Shown here: positions 1-8,710 of the stretch, in pieces
Numbering within the stretch: position 1 is the first letter of the stretch
How the letters are laid out: each line of letters opens with the position of its first letter
Source of the DNA: an uncultured delta proteobacterium
GTDB taxonomy: Bacteria > Myxococcota_A > Polyangia > Fen-1088
Reading direction: 5' to 3'
DNA length: 64,000 bases
Assembly (NCBI GenBank): GCA_963737265.1
Contig: CAVTRY010000021.1
Location: 256,001 to 320,000 of the forward strand
The notes under the pieces: model-generated
Told to the model about the DNA's origin: nothing
Seen by the model: only the letters and a program-made list of their open reading frames with translations
Database searches by the model: none
Position numbers and translations under genes: made by a program

Positions 1-2008
1 ACGAACGGGCCGCCGCGGCAAACAAAATCACATCCGTGGCCTCGCTGCCGGGCGCGGACCGTTCGGGTACGCCTGGGCCAGCGAGCTTTCCCGCCAAGGA
101 CCGCAACAGCGCCTTGGCTTCGACGAGGAAATAGGGCCACAGCTCTGCGTTGCCAACTTCCGCAGACAGCGACCGCGTGCTCTCGAGTGCATCGTTGGCC
201 CTTTGCAAACAGGGTAGGAGTTGTTCTCCGGTCACCCCTTGCCGTGCAAGTTCACGCGAGATGGAATCGCACGCAGCGACAAAACTCGCGAACCCATGCG
301 ACTGTGCGTCGCTGCGCAGCTTGTTGGTGCGACCAACCAGCCGCTCGCGGGCCTTCTCGGCTCCTTCGTCGGCAAGGGAGCCGAGATCCGTTTGCCAATC
401 GTCGAAGGGTCGCTCGTGAGCGCGCAAGAACCCCATAGCCGCATCACCAGGAGTTTCCTGTTCACCACCCAAGACCTGGCGACCCAGCTTCTCGAATTCG
501 GCCAAGAGCCTGCGGACTTCGGCGATGCGTTCGTGCATCGCAATTCCGATGTCGCCATTGATCCCAATCTGGCCGTCGCGCACCTTCTGAAAGTAGTCCT
601 CGGTCGCGTGTGCGAGGTCCTGGACGGCTGTGAGCTTGAACATGCGAGCATTGCCCTTGAGAGTATGCATGCCGCGAAACAATGAATTGACGGCGGCCGC
701 CCGGCGGCTGGGATCCTCCAAGTCAGCGAGTGATTGTTCGCATGCGTCGAGTACCGCGTAGGCTTCCGCAATGAAGGTGTTGAATAGGTCAGGCTCCATC
801 GAGGCGATTTGCCGGATGCGCGCAAGGTTCTCTTGGTTCTGCTGGTCACGCCGGGCGATTTCCGCCTGCAGGCGGTGCATCTCGGTCACGTCCTTCACCA
901 AGAACATGATCTTGACGATGGAACCGTCCTTGTAGAGTGGGGCATAATCCAATTCCAGGGCTCGCTCATCGGTGCTGCCATCGGGATTGGCCCTCAGATA
1001 ATTCAACTGGCGAATACGATCGGGTTCGGACAGATCCCATTGCAGGTCGTCCGAACCAAAGATGTGGATCAGCCAGAACTTCATCCGGCTGACAGCTTCC
1101 GATTCTGCTACCGATTCCAAGCGCAGAAACTCTGTCACCGTCTGGCCGGCGATGGGTACATTGCCGAAGATCTCTTTTGCGAAGGCCGAAACCTCGTTGT
1201 TAATGCGACCATCGGCGCCTACCGTGAAGATGGCCTGCAACATGTTGTCGAAGAGATCCTGAACGTTCTTCTGCGCCTGAACGACCTTCTGTTCACGATC
1301 GACAATCGCATCGCCCATGCTGTTGAAGACCATGGCAAGGTTGCCGACCTCGTCGTTGGAACGAACATCCGCGCGCGCGTGCAAATCGCCGTTTTCGAGT
1401 CGACGGGCGGCTTCGGTCACTCGTGCAAGCGGCTTCACAATCACTCGGCGAGCCAGCAGAATCAACAGGGCCGCCGTGCCGGCGGCGATGAAGATCGCAA
1501 ACCACAGCATGCGGCGCCGGCTGATCTGATAGGCGGCGTTCTCGTCGGCCAGCGAGAAGTCCAAAACGACAAATCCGACCACGGCACCGTGCGCGTCCCG
1601 GATATCCTTCAGGATTTCGATCTTGTCCGGAGACTCGGACAGGCGGCTTTGGACCTTCCCATGGTCGAACTCGTAGGCGGGCCGATTTCCCGGGTTGAAT
1701 GCGCCGACCGTCCGGTCCTCTTTGGCGGAGTAGACCGTCGCGAACGCGATCGCCTTGTTGCTGCGCAGCTTTTCCAGCTCGATGGCGACGGCGTCGCTAT
1801 CCGCAAACACGAGCGGGGCGGCGCAGGACGCGGCAAAGAGATCGGTCACCATGGATCCGGCAACGGCCTTGGCGTCGACAAGACCTCTTCTTTCGCGCTG
1901 GGTCAGCTCCTTGAGCAGCAGCCACGACAGGCCTGCCAGCACCAGCACGGTGGCGACGGCCAGTTTGGACCCAACCGAAAAGAATCGGCGTTTGTCTGCT
2001 TGCTTCAA
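1..2008 (-). CDS. Membrane sensor/CheA-like signalling protein (TM-HAMP-PAS-like-HPt), runs off the left edge
   Basis: Manual minus-strand translation (absent from the ORF track because there is no stop in the window): MKQADKRRFFSVGSKLAVATVLVLAG..., HAMP PLARVTEAARRLENGDLHARADVRSNDEVGNLAMVFNSM, HPt motif LFRGMHTLKGNA. The + ORFs 809-2050 and 221-685 are its antisense shadow. Confidence 0.8.
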   Translation of the reverse strand, partial: MKQADKRRFFSVGSKLAVATVLVLAGLSWLLLKELTQRERRGLVDAKAVAGSMVTDLFAASCAAPLVFADSDAVAIELEKLRSNKAIAFATVYSAKEDRTVGAFNPGNRPAYEFDHGKVQSRLSESPDKIEILKDIRDAHGAVVGFVVLDFSLADENAAYQISRRRMLWFAIFIAAGTAALLILLARRVIVKPLARVTEAARRLENGDLHARADVRSNDEVGNLAMVFNSMGDAIVDREQKVVQAQKNVQDLFDNMLQAIFTVGADGRINNEVSAFAKEIFGNVPIAGQTVTEFLRLESVAESEAVSRMKFWLIHIFGSDDLQWDLSEPDRIRQLNYLRANPDGSTDERALELDYAPLYKDGSIVKIMFLVKDVTEMHRLQAEIARRDQQNQENLARIRQIASMEPDLFNTFIAEAYAVLDACEQSLADLEDPSRRAAAVNSLFRGMHTLKGNARMFKLTAVQDLAHATEDYFQKVRDGQIGINGDIGIAMHERIAEVRRLLAEFEKLGRQVLGGEQETPGDAAMGFLRAHERPFDDWQTDLGSLADEGAEKARERLVGRTNKLRSDAQSHGFASFVAACDSISRELARQGVTGEQLLPCLQRANDALESTRSLSAEVGNAELWPYFLVEAKALLRSLAGKLAGPGVPERSAPGSEATDVILFAAAARS

Positions 2009-2213
2009 GACGATGGTTCTCTCGTCCCAATACTCGACGGATGGCAGTGAATCTGAAGCACGGTTCGGGTTGCCGACTTGCAGACAATAGCCCACCGCAG
2101 GAAGTGCAGCTTTAACTTTTCCCTCGGATTGACGATGTCTAGTGCGCTTGTCCCCGCCGAAGGTCGGCGTCGACGGATGGAGAGTCTTAAGAACGAAAGA
2201 AGGGTGACCAACG

Positions 2214-3239
2214 ATGAGGATGGCAAAACGGGTTGCAATTGGCAGTCTCACTTTGGCCGGGGTTCTGAGCGCTTGTGGTAGTAGCAATAACGACAGCGGC
2301 GGCACATCTCCAACGAGCAAGACGTGCACGACGTTGCCACCGATGGCCGCTATCACGTCTTCGACCAAGTTCGGTTTCGTGCAGTTCTACGAGGCAGACG
2401 GGTTGTGGCGAACGGCCAACACGAACAGTATCGTAAGCGAGGCTGCCAACCGTGGGTACAACCTCGTTTTCAACCCTCCCACCTCCGACGATGCCGCGCA
2501 ACAGGTTTCCCGCATTCAGGATCTCATCGACGCTAAGGTCGATGTCATGATCGTCGCGCCGCACGACACAACGACGATTTCACCAATGGTTGTAACGGCA
2601 CGCAAGGCATGCATCCCGGTCTTCATCGAGGACCGCGCGGTGGATGCAACCGTGGCTATTCCGGGCCTTGACTATGTTTCCTACGTCGGTTCCGACATGG
2701 TCGGGCAGGGTCAGATGACCGCTCAGTGGCTCATCAACAAGACTGGGGGTACCGCGAAGCTCGTGGAGATCGAAGGTACGACGGGCTCGTCGGCGGCGAT
2801 CGGCCGCAAGCAAGGCTTCGACTCGACAATCGCTGCTTACCCGGGAATGCAGCTCCTGACATCGCAGGGGGCCGACTTCGATACGACCACAGCATACAAC
2901 CTTGCGAAGACGCTACTGCCGCAATATCCGCAGGCCGATTGGATATTCTCACACAACGACGGCATGTCCTTCGGCATCATCCAGGCGCTGCAAGAGGCGG
3001 GCCGGACTCCCGGCACGGACATTCAGATCGTCTCGATCGATGGTACCCTACAGGGTGCCCAGGACCTCCAAGCTGGACTAATCGCCGAGATCACTTCGTG
3101 CAACCCGCACTTCGGCCCGCCGGTCTTCGATGCGATCGAGCAGTACTCTCAAGGACAGACGGTTCCGACCACGATCTTGAGTGTTGACCGGACAATCGAT
3201 TCGACCAATGTTAGTGCATACATGCCGGAGGCATTCTAG
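2214..3239 (+). CDS. Sugar ABC-type periplasmic binding lipoprotein (YtfQ/RbsB-like)
   Basis: Lipobox LSAC; WRTANTNSI, IEGTTGSSAAIGRKQGF, SHNDGM, VSIDG motifs of Peripla_BP_4 proteins. Confidence 0.85.
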   Translation: MRMAKRVAIGSLTLAGVLSACGSSNNDSGGTSPTSKTCTTLPPMAAITSSTKFGFVQFYEADGLWRTANTNSIVSEAANRGYNLVFNPPTSDDAAQQVSRIQDLIDAKVDVMIVAPHDTTTISPMVVTARKACIPVFIEDRAVDATVAIPGLDYVSYVGSDMVGQGQMTAQWLINKTGGTAKLVEIEGTTGSSAAIGRKQGFDSTIAAYPGMQLLTSQGADFDTTTAYNLAKTLLPQYPQADWIFSHNDGMSFGIIQALQEAGRTPGTDIQIVSIDGTLQGAQDLQAGLIAEITSCNPHFGPPVFDAIEQYSQGQTVPTTILSVDRTIDSTNVSAYMPEAF

Positions 3240-3545
3240 CCGGTCCGCCAGGCGCCGAGGCGCCACCCAAGGCGGATTCTGGTTGCGGGCGGTGCGAAGC
3301 GGCGATCGCTTCGTATCGCCTGTTTTCTATTGTGTGAGCTGCTCTTTGCTTTTGCTCGCCTATTCACGGTCGGTTGGCGCAGCAACATGTCGAAGACCGA
3401 CCTGGTCGTGAGCGACGTTAGTTGCTCGCCCGACAAGCGGCCTGTGGCAAGTCCTTCGACGTTGGCATTCAACGTCTTGGATCATCATGCCGTGGTGATG
3501 TCCCCGTTGTGGCCGCCTGTCAGCCACGAAGTTAGAATAGTTTAG

Positions 3546-4214
3546 CTACTCAATGACCTTGACCATCTTCAGCAGCTCGGCCTTAAAGGCGACCTTCTGA
3601 GCGCGAGACTGGGGAAGGTTGACCAGCAGCTTGGGCTTACCGGAGATAACGTCGAAACCGAGGACGATGCCCTGTTGGACGTACGAGCCAATGGTTGCGA
3701 CCGTCAATACATTGACACCGTCAAGGCTCTGCTTGATATCCCGGATTTCGCCCTCGAAGCCAGGCATGACGAAGACGACGCTGGTGCCCTGACTCTTGCA
3801 CAGACTGGCCAGTGCTGCGCCGGACTGGAACCGGACAATCGACTCCTCGTGGGGTATACCGGCGATCTGGGCGATGCGGGCCAACGCCCCTTGGATTTGG
3901 GAGGCTGCGCGAGCACTATCCGGATCCTTCGAGGTCAGGAGGACTATCTTGACCTTGCCCTTGGCACGCTCGGCGAAGCCCTTGTCGTAATCGGCCACGC
4001 TGGTAAAGAGCTGAACCTGCATGGGAAGGGGAACCGCGACATCGCCGGCTTGGGCCGCGCGCGGGGTGCAAAAGAGCAGAGAAAATCCGACCAATGCGCC
4101 AGCAAGGATCCGGCTGGCCGTTGACGGGCCCATCCGGCAGCTCCTGCCGGTGAAGGCCGTGGCGCTCTTGCGCGCGGTAGCTGAGCCTTCGGGCCTGTGC
4201 TTCATCGGTCGCAC
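3546..4214 (-). CDS. YfiR/HmsC (DUF4154) family protein
   Basis: C-terminal GIVLGFDVISGKPKLLVNLPQSRAQKVAFKAELLKMVKVI; abuts the TBDR stop; start uncertain. Confidence 0.75.
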   Translation of the reverse strand: MRPMKHRPEGSATARKSATAFTGRSCRMGPSTASRILAGALVGFSLLFCTPRAAQAGDVAVPLPMQVQLFTSVADYDKGFAERAKGKVKIVLLTSKDPDSARAASQIQGALARIAQIAGIPHEESIVRFQSGAALASLCKSQGTSVVFVMPGFEGEIRDIKQSLDGVNVLTVATIGSYVQQGIVLGFDVISGKPKLLVNLPQSRAQKVAFKAELLKMVKVIE

Positions 4215-6569
4215 TTAGTAATCCAACTGGAAGCCAAGCGTTATTCGAAGCTTGTCCACTGGAATGAGTTGCGGTGGTGTTTGCGTGAAGGTCAGGGTTT
4301 GCGAGCTGGACACCGCCATCACCGGTCCAACAACATACGGACCGCTGCCGGCCAACGCGTAGTCGACCAGCAGCCTGTAGGTCAGATGTTTGAGCTTCGG
4401 GACAACGCCCGACAGGGTCAGGCGCCCTTCCAATTGCGGGGGTGCGAACGGCTCTTCGATTGTGCCGTCGGCGAGCACCAAGTACTGGTCCGGCTGGCGC
4501 CGCCCCATGAACTGCGCGGCAACTGCGATCGTGGGGAATACGCCGCCCGGGACAAAGGCGAGGCGCGCGTTGCCGAACACCGAAGGTGCGCTGTTGCCGT
4601 TGCGCAAGAGCTCGGCAGTGCCGGTGGCTTGAGCTTGAACCTGCGACGTCTTGAGCTTGGCCTCGGCCAAGGTCCCGCTAAGACCATAGTGAAGGGTGTC
4701 GAATCCAAATGAGCCGTCTATCGCCAAATTGAGACCGTAATTGTCAATCGTTTCGGCGTTTTGGTACTGGGTCATCGGGACTCCGGTAGCGGCCGGTGCC
4801 GTCAGCGAGTTACGCGTGGCCTCGGTAGTCTCGGCGGCGCTCAGCTGTCGTAACTGCACGAGGTTGCTCCATCGCGAATAGAACCCGCCGAAGAGGAACC
4901 GGTGTGCACCAAGCTTCTGCTGGATACTTCCCTCGATTGACTGAACGGTTTCGGGTTTAAGCGGCGTGCCGAGGTTGATTCCTGGCTGTTCGGCCACCGC
5001 TTCGATGCCATTCAGTGTCGTACTCGCATTGGCCGCAATACGTCCGGCTGCCGAGTCGTTGGACTCATCCCAGCTCGGCGCACGAAACGCCTCGGCGTAG
5101 GCCAGCTTCAGCAGACCGTTCTTCCAGGCTTCCCAGTTGCCGGACAATCGCTTCACCAGTACCGGAGAGAAGCGAGGATCGCGGTCAAGACGAACCCCAC
5201 CATTAAAGTGAAGGGCCGGCGTGGGTGTCCACGTCTGCTGGAGGTACGCGCCGAGCGTCATGTCTGACGCGTCGATGCCGGGTATCTTCTGGGACGCTGC
5301 CAGGACAGAGGCGCCGTCGTCGGCTTGCCCAGGGTCGACGAACTGCTTGTCGTGGGAAGTCTGCATCGTGTTCAGGCGCAGGTCGGCACCCGCCATGGTG
5401 ACGAATCGCGCGTCGTGCAGCCAATCCCAGGAGGTTTGTAGATCGAGGCCCGCCCACATGGCGCTTCCCTTGTCGACAACGTCGCAGGTCGGAAGGTTGT
5501 GCCCGTTGATGTACGGACAGAGGCTGCCACGCGAGGCAATGAGGTCGTCCCGGAACGAGAAGTAGTCACCATAGAGCCGTGTCGAAACGTCGAGCAGAGC
5601 GGAAAGAGTCCGATGGTACTTGAGGTCGAACGAACGGCGGACCTCGGTCTGTTGGGTCCCCGGGTCGTCGTAATTCCCAATCCCGGTGGGTGCGGAATGG
5701 TCGTAGTGCGACTCGCGATAGTTGAGCTCGAAGTTACCCAACGTGATTCTGGCGATCGCGGCCGGAACCCGAGCGAACGGAGAATGGCTCGACTGCGTGC
5801 CGCCCCAAATGCCCGTACCAAGCACATCGCGAGTGTTCCGGCCCGGGTTGCCGGTAAAGGCATCGACACCGGTATTGACCGGACCGAACGTCATGTAGGG
5901 ACCGGCCTGCCTGTAATACTCGGCATGCGCCGACACCTCGCCCTCTTTGCCGAACAAGGAGAACTGGCGTGCATAGCCCGCTCCCGCGCGCACGCTGGTT
6001 GGGATGGACGACTCGGCCACCAGATGAAGGCCTGCATTGTCCTTGGCGCGCTTGGTGACCACGTTGATGAGGCCAAGCATCGCATTCGATCCATACAACA
6101 CCGAACCTGCCCCAACGATAACCTCGATGTGGTCGATGACCTCCATCGGGACGCCGGCGCCGACACCAAACCACGCACTTCCGCGCAGAGGCTCGTTCAT
6201 GGCGTGACCATCGACCAAGAGAAGGAAATGGCTGCCGCGGTCGCCCGTCAGAAGGACCCCACGCGCGCCAATTTCACCACCGTTTAGGTTCTCCGCGACC
6301 GTTACCCCGAGGGTCAGGAAGTTGACTGCTTCGGCCAGAGTCTTGATGCCGTAGCGACGCAAGTCATCGGCGGAAATACTGGTCGAAAGCGCCGGCGCCG
6401 AGCTGGCCCCTTCGGCTTGCTTGGACGCCGAAGTCACGATCTGTTCGCTAAGCAAGCTTTCCAGATCGCCGAGACCGTCTGCGTGGGCGGCTCGGGCTAA
6501 GGAAAGGATCCCTGCGAGCACGGCCAGGACCTTTCCCCACCTCCGCGCGTGACCGGAACGAGGCTTCAT
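4215..6569 (-). CDS. TonB-dependent receptor
   Basis: Plug motifs IVTSASK, LLLVDG, IDHIEVIVGAGSVLYGSNAMLGLINVVTK; LKPETVQS; aromatic C-terminal residue (FQLDY). Start at ATG 6569 (RBS-like GGGAGAG) or TTG 6650. Confidence 0.9.
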   Translation of the reverse strand: MKPRSGHARRWGKVLAVLAGILSLARAAHADGLGDLESLLSEQIVTSASKQAEGASSAPALSTSISADDLRRYGIKTLAEAVNFLTLGVTVAENLNGGEIGARGVLLTGDRGSHFLLLVDGHAMNEPLRGSAWFGVGAGVPMEVIDHIEVIVGAGSVLYGSNAMLGLINVVTKRAKDNAGLHLVAESSIPTSVRAGAGYARQFSLFGKEGEVSAHAEYYRQAGPYMTFGPVNTGVDAFTGNPGRNTRDVLGTGIWGGTQSSHSPFARVPAAIARITLGNFELNYRESHYDHSAPTGIGNYDDPGTQQTEVRRSFDLKYHRTLSALLDVSTRLYGDYFSFRDDLIASRGSLCPYINGHNLPTCDVVDKGSAMWAGLDLQTSWDWLHDARFVTMAGADLRLNTMQTSHDKQFVDPGQADDGASVLAASQKIPGIDASDMTLGAYLQQTWTPTPALHFNGGVRLDRDPRFSPVLVKRLSGNWEAWKNGLLKLAYAEAFRAPSWDESNDSAAGRIAANASTTLNGIEAVAEQPGINLGTPLKPETVQSIEGSIQQKLGAHRFLFGGFYSRWSNLVQLRQLSAAETTEATRNSLTAPAATGVPMTQYQNAETIDNYGLNLAIDGSFGFDTLHYGLSGTLAEAKLKTSQVQAQATGTAELLRNGNSAPSVFGNARLAFVPGGVFPTIAVAAQFMGRRQPDQYLVLADGTIEEPFAPPQLEGRLTLSGVVPKLKHLTYRLLVDYALAGSGPYVVGPVMAVSSSQTLTFTQTPPQLIPVDKLRITLGFQLDY

Positions 6570-6841
6570 CCACTCTCCCGAATGGTCGTACCTCCGGCGC
6601 TGGGCACCAGCACTCCGCAGCTTTGGCGAGAAGTCCGTCGCATTCGGCAACGATCGGAAGGTGCGGCGAATATCTTTAGGGACCCTTGCACGCCGAACGG
6701 CTCGGTCAGACTTTCACCACGGGCTGCTAGTCTAGAGCACCGAAAGGGTTGACCGATCGAGTGAAATCAAGAAGTTGCGAGCAACGCAGGGACGAGACGC
6801 AAATCCTTGATTTCACGACGGGAGTCAACCCGTTCGGTGCT

Positions 6842-7675
6842 CTAGATTCGGCCGGCGCGCAGGTCGGCGACGACTTGGATGGCGACTTCGTGCACGCGTC
6901 CGTTGGATGCGACGAGGCCGCTCGGATTTTGCAAAGTCGGGTTGGCGTAGCACAGGGCGCTGCCGCTGCAATCAGTGATTCTGCCGCCCGCCGCGGTCAG
7001 AATCGCTTCCGGACCGCAACTGTCCCATATCTTGGTGTGACCACCGGGGTAGACGTAAAGGTCGCGCGAACCTTCCGCGATGAGCGCAACCTTGAGCCCG
7101 ACGCTGCCCAAAGCAAGCTCGTCCTCGACGCCGAGCGCCCGTCGAAACCGTTGGTAGTACTCGCTGCGATGGGATTTGGATGAGACCAACCGAATGTCGG
7201 AGGATTTGTCGATCGCCGATACTCGCAACGGCGCGCGTTCGCCTCCGGGCGACTCCTTCCAGGCCCCCATGCCGACCACGCCCAGCCACACCTGTCGCGT
7301 GGCGGGCTGAACCACGACCCCCAGCAACGGCCGGCCTGCAACGCAGAGGCCGAGCATGACGACATAGCTGGTATCGCCGGCTACGAAATCGCGCGTGCCG
7401 TCGATGGGGTCGATCATCCACACCCGTGGATTGACGAGTCGCTCGCCGTCGTCGGGTATTTCCTCCGACAGGACCGCGTCGCCGGGAAACGCGTGGCGCA
7501 AGCGCCGCACGATGAGCTCGCTCGATTGGAGATCCGCCTGGGTCACCGGCTCGCCGCCGCTCTTGTGCTCCACGCCGAGCGGACGGCCGGTGAAACTGGC
7601 GACAAGCGCCCCCGCTTCGAGCGCCACAGCGCGCGCGGTTTCGAGCTCGCGGGAAAGATCCACGGTTGGCGACAT
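6842..7675 (-). CDS. cysQ: 3'(2'),5'-bisphosphate nucleotidase CysQ / inositol monophosphatase family
   Basis: PVTQADL, LSEE, WMIDPIDGTRDF, WDSCGPEAILTAAGG motifs. Confidence 0.8.
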   Translation of the reverse strand: MSPTVDLSRELETARAVALEAGALVASFTGRPLGVEHKSGGEPVTQADLQSSELIVRRLRHAFPGDAVLSEEIPDDGERLVNPRVWMIDPIDGTRDFVAGDTSYVVMLGLCVAGRPLLGVVVQPATRQVWLGVVGMGAWKESPGGERAPLRVSAIDKSSDIRLVSSKSHRSEYYQRFRRALGVEDELALGSVGLKVALIAEGSRDLYVYPGGHTKIWDSCGPEAILTAAGGRITDCSGSALCYANPTLQNPSGLVASNGRVHEVAIQVVADLRAGRI

Positions 7676-7803
7676 GCGACGGAACCATAGCAGGCGAATT
7701 CTTGGCGGGGCCAGCTCGCCTCGATTTCTGTCGGCGAACAGATCGCGGTTGCAGGGTCCGCCGCTTCTTCATTTCAACATATTCAATCCGCGTTACACTC
7801 GCC

Positions 7804-8664
7804 TTGGCCGCGCGATTTCGACTCATCGAAGAAGACGGCCGCTACCGCCTCGACGGCAAGGTGACGACTTTCTCGGGCGCGCCCAGCCCCGACGAACGCC
7901 TCGCCCTCTACCTGGCACGCGAGCAGGCCGCCGGCTGGAAGCACACCTCGCTTGGCCGCGCCCTCGACACCCTGTGGAACCGCGTTTCGTCGACCGATGG
8001 CCAAGCCGCCCTCTTTCCCGTCGAGACCGTACCGTGGTTCGCCACGCGCGGCTTTTCCGCGATCGACTACTGCCAACACCGCCACATCCTCGAAACCATC
8101 GAGCGCGCAACCCGCGAGCGCACCGTCATCGCCGCCCGCTACCGCGCCGCCTCGTCCGGCCAACTCACCAGCCGCCACATCGAACCCGGCCAGCTTCACT
8201 GGGATCCCGGCCTCGAGAGTCTCTACCTTATCGGGTGGTGCCGCCTGCGCAACGACGTGCGCGTCTTCGCCATCCATCGCTTCGCCGCCGTCACCCTCCT
8301 CGACGAGCGCTGCCCGCCCCGCGCCGAAACAAGATCGGTGGCGGCGTTGCGGAAGGCCTTTCGCGTGTGGCGGAGCGATCGCGTAGAAAGGGTCCGCATC
8401 GCATTCACCGCCGACATCGCCGCCGAGATCCGCGAACGCAAGTGGATGGCCGGACAACAAGTCGTGGAAGACAACGGCGGCGTGATCCTCAGCGGAGACG
8501 TCGCGGGATTGGCCGAAGTCGAACGCTGGGTCTTGAGCTACGGACCATCGGCGAAAGTGCTGGAGCCGGTGGAGCTGGCCGAAAGCGTGGCGAAGAAGCT
8601 GCGCGAAGGCGCGGCGGGGTACGCGGAAAAGACGGCGCGCGGACGAAAGGTTGACCAGAGATGA
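7804..8664 (+). CDS. WYL-WCX domain regulator, apparently lacking its N-terminal wHTH
   Basis: WYL core RHIEPGQL...SLYLIGWCRLRNDVRVFAIHRF and WCX WVLSYGPSAKVLEPVEL. The ORF is open from 7666, but residues before LAARFRLIEEDGRYRL are not HTH-like; start uncertain. Confidence 0.8.
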   Translation: MAARFRLIEEDGRYRLDGKVTTFSGAPSPDERLALYLAREQAAGWKHTSLGRALDTLWNRVSSTDGQAALFPVETVPWFATRGFSAIDYCQHRHILETIERATRERTVIAARYRAASSGQLTSRHIEPGQLHWDPGLESLYLIGWCRLRNDVRVFAIHRFAAVTLLDERCPPRAETRSVAALRKAFRVWRSDRVERVRIAFTADIAAEIRERKWMAGQQVVEDNGGVILSGDVAGLAEVERWVLSYGPSAKVLEPVELAESVAKKLREGAAGYAEKTARGRKVDQR

Positions 8665-8710
8665 CAATAGCGGGGTGTAGGGTGGCGGGGATCAGAAAGA
8701 CCCACGAGGC

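Noticed and set aside
809-2050. Long + strand ORF of 413 aa (and similar ones such as 62074-63774, 43621-45339, 12905-14260)
   Set aside because: Antisense shadows of recognisable genes in high-GC DNA.
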